Both the position numbers and the translations under genes were made by a program. A stretch of DNA of 20,000 nucleotides, taken from IMG/VR virus record IMGVR_UViG_2825527155_000001. One strand, written 5' to 3'. This DNA is from an uncultured virus (IMG/VR IMGVR_UViG_2825527155_000001) (lineage: Duplodnaviria > Heunggongvirae > Uroviricota > Caudoviricetes). A model generated the notes under the pieces. The model saw only the letters and a list, made by a program, of their open reading frames with translations. It was not told the origin of the DNA and ran no database searches. Positions within the stretch are counted from its first letter, which is position 1. Each line of letters begins with the position of its first letter. This document shows, one piece after another, positions 14,147-20,000 of the stretch.

Positions 14147-14806
14147 ATGTCAACTGCATCACTGAATGCGATAAAACAAATTGAAACACTCCAGGTAGAG
14201 GCCCTGGAGTCATGCTCCAATAGCGCCAAGAAGGTTTTACTTGAAATCGCTATCGAAAAAACACAAGCACTTAAAGAAATCATTAACAATCAGCCTCTAT
14301 TTTCCCCCTACACTGCGGGATTGACCATCGGCGACCGCATCCAGCTCGCCCGCGAGAGCCTCGGCATGAGTCATGACGACCTTGCGGAGAAGCTCGATAT
14401 TCACCCTGGCGGTGTTTTAGCTTGGGAGGACGGTGACGACCAGCCGATGGCTGGCATGGTCATCCCACTCGCAAACGCCCTCAAATGCGATCCGATGTGG
14501 CTGCTGACGGGGGAGAGTCGTCACGAATCCTCCGGTTGCGCAGAAACGCCACAGGCTCCCGTAAAAGTCACGCAGGGTGTGGATATGCATGGTATCGGTA
14601 AGCGCATCCGGAAAGCACGTGTTGATAAGCGCATGTACACCGAAGAACTTGAGAACGCCATTAGCGCGGATGAGGGCGAGGTATTCCGCTGGGAAACCGA
14701 AAAGACCGTACCACCCGCTCTGTATATCGACAAACTGGCTAAAGTGCTTGATGTCAGTGTGACCTGGTTGCTGACAGGGAAAGAAGTAGAGGTGTCCCAT
14801 GGATAA
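14147..14806 (+). CDS. Protein with two tandem XRE HTH domains
   Basis: IGDRIQLARESLGMSHDDLAEKL...DPMWLLTG and IGKRIRKARVDKRM...SVTWLLTG. Confidence 0.9.
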   Translation: MSTASLNAIKQIETLQVEALESCSNSAKKVLLEIAIEKTQALKEIINNQPLFSPYTAGLTIGDRIQLARESLGMSHDDLAEKLDIHPGGVLAWEDGDDQPMAGMVIPLANALKCDPMWLLTGESRHESSGCAETPQAPVKVTQGVDMHGIGKRIRKARVDKRMYTEELENAISADEGEVFRWETEKTVPPALYIDKLAKVLDVSVTWLLTGKEVEVSHG

Positions 14807-14984
14807 TTACGAAGGCATTTGTCTGAAGCCTGATTCATTTGCGGTAAATATTCATCACTTATTGCGTGCAATACTGGTATTGCATATGTCCAGTAATCAC
14901 GAAACAAATACACTCGGCAGCGAGATTCTGGACTTTGCATGTGAATATGCAAAAGCTGCTGCCGAAAAAAAATTAGCGCAATAA
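14799..14984 (+). CDS. Hypothetical protein, 61 aa
   Basis: GAGG RBS; overlaps the upstream stop. Confidence 0.65.
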   Translation: MDNYEGICLKPDSFAVNIHHLLRAILVLHMSSNHETNTLGSEILDFACEYAKAAAEKKLAQ

Positions 14985-15060
14985 CAATAAATACCCCCTG
15001 AACGTTTATTACGGTTTTATCGCCGGGGTATTGCTCAATCTGAATTTAATGGAGAATAAA

Positions 15061-15384
15061 ATGAAAGATATCGTTATCAGCAATGAAGTTAAACAGAGAA
15101 TAGAACAATTGATGAAACAGCTTCACACTTTGTGTGCGGATAACAATGTACCAATGGTAGCCAGCGTTGTTCTTGGACGCACGGAAACAAATGAAGGCAT
15201 AAACATCAACAAAGCGGTATCCACTTTTATTGATAGCTGGACAGGTGCATTTGACTCAACCTTAGTCGCAGCGATTGAGATTCTCCAGCTTAACAGGGTT
15301 CCACCCTCTGCAATCGAAATTCTTTCCACTCTACGAAAGAACATTGAGCAGAACAGAAAAACTCCAGGTAAAAATTTTCACTAA
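15061..15384 (+). CDS. Hypothetical protein, 107 aa
   Basis: GGAG RBS before ATG 15061; operon context. Confidence 0.75.
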   Translation: MKDIVISNEVKQRIEQLMKQLHTLCADNNVPMVASVVLGRTETNEGININKAVSTFIDSWTGAFDSTLVAAIEILQLNRVPPSAIEILSTLRKNIEQNRKTPGKNFH

Positions 15385-15402
15385 TTAACTCGGGCGTAAA
15401 TC

Positions 15403-15516
15403 ATGTCACATGTTAGAGATAAAGCCGCATATAAAACAGCAAGACTATTTGTCTCTTACGGCAACAGCTACCTGCATATTGCCAGGCTTTTTCTGCGCAA
15501 AGCATACGAAAGGTAA
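15403..15516 (+). CDS. Small basic phage protein, 37 aa
   Basis: MSHVRDKAAYKTARLFVSYGNSYLHIARLFLRKAYER*; fills the gap between neighbours. Confidence 0.55.
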   Translation: MSHVRDKAAYKTARLFVSYGNSYLHIARLFLRKAYER

Positions 15517-15518
15517 AT

Positions 15519-15728
15519 ATGTGGAACCCGAAAGAAAATGACAACATTGAAGACACGGCGCTCTCCGCCAGAAGTCTTAATGAACTACTGGACCTGATGC
15601 ATATCAGCTTTAAAAAAATGAACCCTCTCCAGACTGAGAGACTTTTGGGGCTTGCTCTCAATATCTCATCAGATATTTCTGTCTGGATGGATGAAGAGGA
15701 GAAGCACCGTGAAAAACAACACAATTGA
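15519..15728 (+). CDS. Hypothetical protein, 69 aa
   Basis: AAGG RBS; tightly packed operon. Confidence 0.7.
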   Translation: MWNPKENDNIEDTALSARSLNELLDLMHISFKKMNPLQTERLLGLALNISSDISVWMDEEEKHREKQHN

Positions 15729-16065
15729 AATTTACCGTCGTCGAATTGCTATTGCAGCACTGGAGAGAATGAAACGCAAGACAGGCGCTCATCGTCTTAC
15801 CGTTTCAATGCCAGATGACAATATCCAGTTTATTGATATTGACGAAGAAGCGATGCTGCAACTATTACAGTTTTTCGAAAAACAGGCGCGAAATGAATTT
15901 GCAGCAGAAGCAGAAACGTTTCTTCGCCAGACGTATATAAAAAGTGTCGATATTAATGGACACACAGAATATCTGACCGAAACAGGGAAGATGATTGTTG
16001 ACGAGATTTTTGCGGAATTAATTAAACACGCAAAAGAGAAATATGCTAACAGAGGAATTAACTGA
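15709..16065 (+). CDS. Hypothetical protein, 118 aa
   Basis: GAGGAG RBS before GTG 15709; stop overlaps the next start. Confidence 0.75.
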   Translation: MKNNTIEIYRRRIAIAALERMKRKTGAHRLTVSMPDDNIQFIDIDEEAMLQLLQFFEKQARNEFAAEAETFLRQTYIKSVDINGHTEYLTETGKMIVDEIFAELIKHAKEKYANRGIN

Positions 16066-16262
16066 TGACTAATCCCCCCTCTATTACGCACAAAAAAATG
16101 CAGGTGGTTATGACGATTGAAAACGGTCAGGTAATTAACATCCGTAATGTTCGCGATAACGAACTGATTGCCAGCATGGACACCTTCTTCTGGATGGCGA
16201 AGAAAGCCGGTTACAAGGTTATCCCACCAGCAGACGAAACAGCACAGGAGCAAAACGCATGA
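16065..16262 (+). CDS. Hypothetical protein, 65 aa
   Basis: GAGGA RBS; TGATG coupling upstream, ATGA coupling downstream. Confidence 0.75.
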   Translation: MTNPPSITHKKMQVVMTIENGQVINIRNVRDNELIASMDTFFWMAKKAGYKVIPPADETAQEQNA

Positions 16263-16666
16263 TCGATAACCGCACCGCCAGCGCAATTGACCTGGCACTA
16301 CAGAAGTACGACACGCCAGTCGGACCGCTGTTCGTCTCAGTACGCCATGGACGCCATAAAAAATGCTTCAGCCGGGATACAGCAATCCGTCACCTGGCGT
16401 TTTTTATGACAACCAAAGCTTTCGGGCGTTCTGGTTTCATTCAGCGTCAACCTGATGTGCGGGTAATCCATCCGGAATACGGTGAGACCTGGCAACGCGG
16501 TGCCGTCACACGCGAATACCTGATAGCCCACCAGCGCTGCGTTCGCCGTCTGCGCCACATTCTGGCCCGTAAACGTGAAATGGAAAAGTGGTGCCAAAAA
16601 TGGGACTCAATGCACGACCGCTTTGTGAAAGAGGTTGACAAGCTACAGGCCAGTAAACCGTTTTGA
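16259..16666 (+). CDS. Conserved hypothetical phage protein, 135 aa
   Basis: AGGAG RBS; ATGA coupling. Confidence 0.8.
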   Translation: MIDNRTASAIDLALQKYDTPVGPLFVSVRHGRHKKCFSRDTAIRHLAFFMTTKAFGRSGFIQRQPDVRVIHPEYGETWQRGAVTREYLIAHQRCVRRLRHILARKREMEKWCQKWDSMHDRFVKEVDKLQASKPF

Positions 16667-16677
16667 GGAAAAATCAG

Positions 16678-17427
16678 ATGAACACTGTAACCATCAATAA
16701 CAAACAACTTCCGGCAGTCGAATATCGCGGTCAGCGAGTTGTGACATTCGCAATGATTGATGAAGTGCATAACCGACCACAGGACACTGCCCGCGCAGCG
16801 TTCAACCGTAATCGCGAGCATTTTATTGCTGGTGTGGATTACGAAGAATTAGGTTCGGACGTAATACGTACGGACCTCCCAGAAGGAACTTTTTCGAAAT
16901 TTGCACCTTCCGGAATTGTTATTTTTGAGTCTGGCTATCTAATGCTGACGAAGCCATTTAACGATCCGCTGTCCTGGCAGGTTCAGCGCGAGCTGATCAA
17001 TAGCTACTTCCGCACTCGCGCGCCGCTGACGGAAATCGAAATGATCGCAGCAATGGCCGCCGACGCCGTTCGCCAGCAGAAACGCCTGAATCAAGTCGAA
17101 GTACGGATCGAGACAGTAACCGAAGCCGTCGAGAACATCAAACGCGGAAATATGCGCGCCGGATATGTCGGCTATCGCCAAGTGGTCGCCAAAAGCGGAA
17201 TGACTGACGCGAAGTGTCGGAATCTGGTTAACGCTTACCGCATCCCCACCGATACGCATGAATTTATGACACCTGACGGCCTTTTGTCCCGCCGGGCTAT
17301 CGTTGAACTTGAGCCGTTCATGGAAGCCTTTCATCAGATGATGTCAGAAGCTGAACCACGCGGCACACGCTGGTATCACCCGAAGATGGGCCTTTTCCAG
17401 GCTATTGGCTGGGAGGGTAAAGCATGA
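16678..17427 (+). CDS. ORF6N-domain protein (antirepressor-like DNA-binding protein)
   Basis: VEYRGQRVVTFAMIDEVHNRP...FNRNREHFIAGVDY...ESGYLMLTKPFNDPLSWQVQRELINSYF; GAGGA RBS before ATG 16678. Confidence 0.88.
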   Translation: MNTVTINNKQLPAVEYRGQRVVTFAMIDEVHNRPQDTARAAFNRNREHFIAGVDYEELGSDVIRTDLPEGTFSKFAPSGIVIFESGYLMLTKPFNDPLSWQVQRELINSYFRTRAPLTEIEMIAAMAADAVRQQKRLNQVEVRIETVTEAVENIKRGNMRAGYVGYRQVVAKSGMTDAKCRNLVNAYRIPTDTHEFMTPDGLLSRRAIVELEPFMEAFHQMMSEAEPRGTRWYHPKMGLFQAIGWEGKA

Positions 17428-17681
17428 AAATCGAATACCAGGCTGGCGGTACAACAAGTCGACTGATAATCACCAGCAGCTTACTTCAGTGTCGCAGCCA
17501 TCTGTTGGTCGTTGATGAACTTCTGTTCTACTTTCCGCGAATGAAAGTTACGCAGCACGGTTTTTTCCTCATCACAACCATCCTTGAGGGAGAGCACGCT
17601 CACGCAATGCGCGCAAGGGCAATAGCGGCGAGGATAATGGAAGAAAGACAAATTCGAGGGAAAAAACAATGGCGGATATGA
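17424..17681 (+). CDS. Hypothetical protein, 85 aa
   Basis: GGAGGG RBS; ATGA coupling. Confidence 0.7.
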   Translation: MKIEYQAGGTTSRLIITSSLLQCRSHLLVVDELLFYFPRMKVTQHGFFLITTILEGEHAHAMRARAIAARIMEERQIRGKKQWRI

Positions 17682-17923
17682 CCATATTTGAATATCTCCA
17701 GGATCATCCTGACTCCACCAGTAGCGAAATCGCCAAAGCCTTAAACAAAAAAACATCAGCCGTCGCCAGCACATTATCACACCTCCGTGCTACCGGGCGG
17801 GTTGTGAAATCAAGTCGCCCCAATAGCGACACCCCAGTTTACCGGGTGAATGAGCTGCCATTTGGATGCAGTAACAGATTAACCATGATGTTTAACCATC
17901 TGCTACGGGAAGTACGGCGATGA
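17669..17923 (+). CDS. Winged-helix HTH protein, 84 aa
   Basis: TIFEYLQDHPDSTSSEIAKAL...VASTLSHLRATGRV pattern. Confidence 0.8.
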   Translation: MADMTIFEYLQDHPDSTSSEIAKALNKKTSAVASTLSHLRATGRVVKSSRPNSDTPVYRVNELPFGCSNRLTMMFNHLLREVRR

Positions 17924-18249
17924 ACGAACATTCAGGCATTCCGGACTTTGTGTCCGAACCCCGGATGGACATATCTGATTCGATTTATTACCGGCATTAC
18001 AGGGTCACCCGCCACGCAGCAGAACGCTATCTGGAACGAATTGGCGGGGACGTCGGAAATATGCTCCTCGACCTTGATGGCGCGGTACTGTTTGAATCCT
18101 GCCGCAAAAGAACGCCACACAAACTGCGCGTATCAGTTATCAGGTGTGAACAAGAAGGCGGTTATGCGCTCATTAACGGAAAGGCCATTTTTCTGGTTAA
18201 ACCTGACAACCGGAGACACACCATTGTGACCACATTACGCATGGAGTAA
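17920..18249 (+). CDS. Hypothetical protein, 109 aa (possible RelE/BECR-like fold)
   Basis: ATGA coupling; VTRHAAERYLER and terminal IVTTL motifs. Confidence 0.7.
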   Translation: MNEHSGIPDFVSEPRMDISDSIYYRHYRVTRHAAERYLERIGGDVGNMLLDLDGAVLFESCRKRTPHKLRVSVIRCEQEGGYALINGKAIFLVKPDNRRHTIVTTLRME

Positions 18250-18252
18250 ACG

Positions 18253-18399
18253 ATGCATAAATCATTTGAACTATGGGTTCGTCGGCAGTACGGAAGCCGC
18301 TATGACCTGACGCGTGACGACTACGGATTCTACTGCCGGGAAGTGGTTAAACGAATGAATGAAGTGTGGCGCTACTGCCATGGTTTTGATGTGGTGTGA
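18253..18399 (+). CDS. Small phage protein, 48 aa
   Basis: GGAG RBS; MHKSFELWVRRQYGSRYDLTRDDYGFYCREVVKRMNEVWRYCHGFDVV*. Confidence 0.7.
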   Translation: MHKSFELWVRRQYGSRYDLTRDDYGFYCREVVKRMNEVWRYCHGFDVV

Positions 18400-18406
18400 G
18401 GTGAGC

Positions 18407-18649
18407 ATGCAGACAATCATCTACCAAATAGTCCCCAACGAGTGGGTCACTGAAAAATTATTGATTGCGGCTACCGGATTAAAACCCGGGACAATACTAC
18501 GCGCCCGTAAAGAGTCGTGGTTGCTCGGTCGCGAGTACAAGCACGTGGCCCCTAACGGACATCCGAAGCCCACCAGCGAGTGTATGTACTACATTCCGGA
18601 GATTAATCGCTGGATAAAAAACCAGCCTGATCCGAACTTCGATCTTTGA
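18407..18649 (+). CDS. xis: Excisionase (DUF1233-type), 80 aa
   Basis: PNEWVTEKLLIAATGLKPGTI.RARK.SW..GREY...SECMY; GAGGTG RBS; directly upstream of int. Confidence 0.88.
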   Translation: MQTIIYQIVPNEWVTEKLLIAATGLKPGTILRARKESWLLGREYKHVAPNGHPKPTSECMYYIPEINRWIKNQPDPNFDL

Positions 18650-18678
18650 CTTAATCTGATGAGGCGGTAATCTGATGA
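18646..18678 (+). promoter_or_regulatory. Putative int promoter with an 11-bp direct repeat
   Basis: TTGACT (18646-18651), 16 bp, TAATCT (18668-18673); TAATCTGATGA at 18652-18662 and 18668-18678. Confidence 0.55.
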
Positions 18679-18701
18679 AGCTCTTGGACGCAGGAGGAAT
18701 T

Positions 18702-20000
18702 ATGGCTAAACCAGCCTATCCAACCGGCGTTGAAAACCACGGGGGTAAACTCCGGATCTGTTTCCGCTACAAAGGAAAGCGCGTGCGTGAAAATCTGGGG
18801 GTGCCAGACACCCCTAAAAATCGCAAAATTGCAGGTGAGTTACGAACGTCTGTCTGTTTTTTGATTAAGACGGGTAGCTTTAACTATGCGGAACATTTTC
18901 CTGACTCGCCAAACCTGAAACAGTTCGGCGTGGTAAATAAAGATATCACCATCGCTAAACTGGCGGAGAAATGGCTCAGGCTTAAGGAAATGGAAATATC
19001 AAAAAATACGATGATTCGTTATGAATCGATTGTGAAAACGAGTGTTTCTTTGCTTGGTGGGCAAGTTCTTGCTTCTGCTGTAACACAGGAGGATTTGCTC
19101 GTTTTCAGGCGGGAACTGATGACTGGTCATCAGGTGATGAGACCAAACCGTGAATTAACACCAAAGGGACGTAGCGTGGCAACAGTAAATTCTTATATGG
19201 GGATTATCTGTGGAATGTTCCGGTTTGCAGCAAGCAATGGCTATATTTCACAGAACCCATTCAGTGAAATATCTACGCTGAAACGTGCAAAAACTGAACC
19301 AGATCCACTCACAAGGGAAGAGTTTACACGACTCATTGACGCCTGCCACCACCAGCAAATCAAAAATATCTGGTCACTTGCAGTTTACACTGGCATGCGA
19401 CATGGAGAATTGTGCGCACTGGCGTGGGAGGACATCGATATTAAAGCGGGGACTTTGGTTGTCAGGAGAAACTACACTCAGGCTAAAGAGTTCACCCTGC
19501 CAAAAACCCAGGCAGGAACCGACAGGGTGATACATCTGACACAACCTGCAATTGATACATTAAAAAATCAGGCATCACTCACGAGGCTGGGTAAACAGCA
19601 TAAAGTCGAAGTGAAGCTACGCGAATTTGGCCGGACAAGCGCACATTCATGTACCTTCGTGTTCAATCCTCAGCTTACCACACGCTCAGGAAAGTCCGGA
19701 ACACATTATGCAGCAACGTCACTAAACAGGATATGGGAATCGGCGATGAGACGAGCCGGTTTACGATACAGAAAAGCGTATCAGTCCCGACACACTTATG
19801 CCTGCTGGTCACTCGCTGCTGGTGCCAATCCAAACTTTATTGCCGCACAAATGGGGCATGCAAATGCTCAGATGGTCTATACAGTATATGGTGCATGGAT
19901 GTCCGATAATAACCAGTCACAGGTTGATATACTGAATCAGGGACTGGCGGCCACTGCCCCAAGGGTGCCCCAAATAGGGGTGTCAGAAAAATTAATTTAG
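18702..20000 (+). CDS. int: Tyrosine integrase with N-terminal arm-binding domain, 432 aa
   Basis: YPTGVENHGGKLRI arm domain; TGMRHGE, LPKT, YQSRHTY, QMGH, VYG catalytic motifs; AGGAGG RBS. Confidence 0.97.
   Translation: MAKPAYPTGVENHGGKLRICFRYKGKRVRENLGVPDTPKNRKIAGELRTSVCFLIKTGSFNYAEHFPDSPNLKQFGVVNKDITIAKLAEKWLRLKEMEISKNTMIRYESIVKTSVSLLGGQVLASAVTQEDLLVFRRELMTGHQVMRPNRELTPKGRSVATVNSYMGIICGMFRFAASNGYISQNPFSEISTLKRAKTEPDPLTREEFTRLIDACHHQQIKNIWSLAVYTGMRHGELCALAWEDIDIKAGTLVVRRNYTQAKEFTLPKTQAGTDRVIHLTQPAIDTLKNQASLTRLGKQHKVEVKLREFGRTSAHSCTFVFNPQLTTRSGKSGTHYAATSLNRIWESAMRRAGLRYRKAYQSRHTYACWSLAAGANPNFIAAQMGHANAQMVYTVYGAWMSDNNQSQVDILNQGLAATAPRVPQIGVSEKLI
19955..19973. repeat. Tandem TGCCCCAA repeat, probable integrase arm-type sites
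   Basis: TGCCCCAA at 19955-19962 and 19966-19973 at the int 3' end, where an att site is expected just outside the window. Confidence 0.55.

Noticed and set aside
14417..17334. Minus-strand ORFs across the pL operon
   Set aside because: Shadows of tightly coupled + strand genes that have good RBSs.
18359..18406. N-terminal extension of xis given in the track
   Set aside because: ATG 18407 has a good RBS and the extension overlaps the 48-aa gene.
19770..19800. Integrase Y-x-x-R in place of H-x-x-R as a sign of inactivation
   Set aside because: YQSRHTY is usual for this integrase subfamily and the other catalytic residues are intact.

Overview
The window is most of a lambdoid enterobacterial prophage. 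Read on the minus strand it runs int-xis, an early-left (pL) operon of small genes with no recognisable Red/Gam recombinase, the cI/cro switch with 18-bp operators, an SF2 helicase plus Zn-ribbon/TOPRIM primase, antiterminator Q, late promoter pR', a four-member decaying tRNA cluster, the lysis cassette (holin, SAR endolysin, Rz/Rz1), a terminase-small-subunit remnant and a candidate cos site. The best candidate for an unusual system is the AT-rich, oppositely oriented cargo on either side of pR': a two-gene operon (ParB/Srx-fold protein with an acidic linker and HEPN-like C-terminus, plus a Dam-like N6-adenine methyltransferase) and a DUF6037-like gene, next to phage tRNAs. Other notable items are a five-module array of inverted sites flanking IHF-like boxes beside cos, twin hairpins with identical loops upstream of the helicase, structured non-coding elements before the holin, and at least 10 strand-biased Chi sites. 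All family assignments come from motif recognition and memory; no searches were run.
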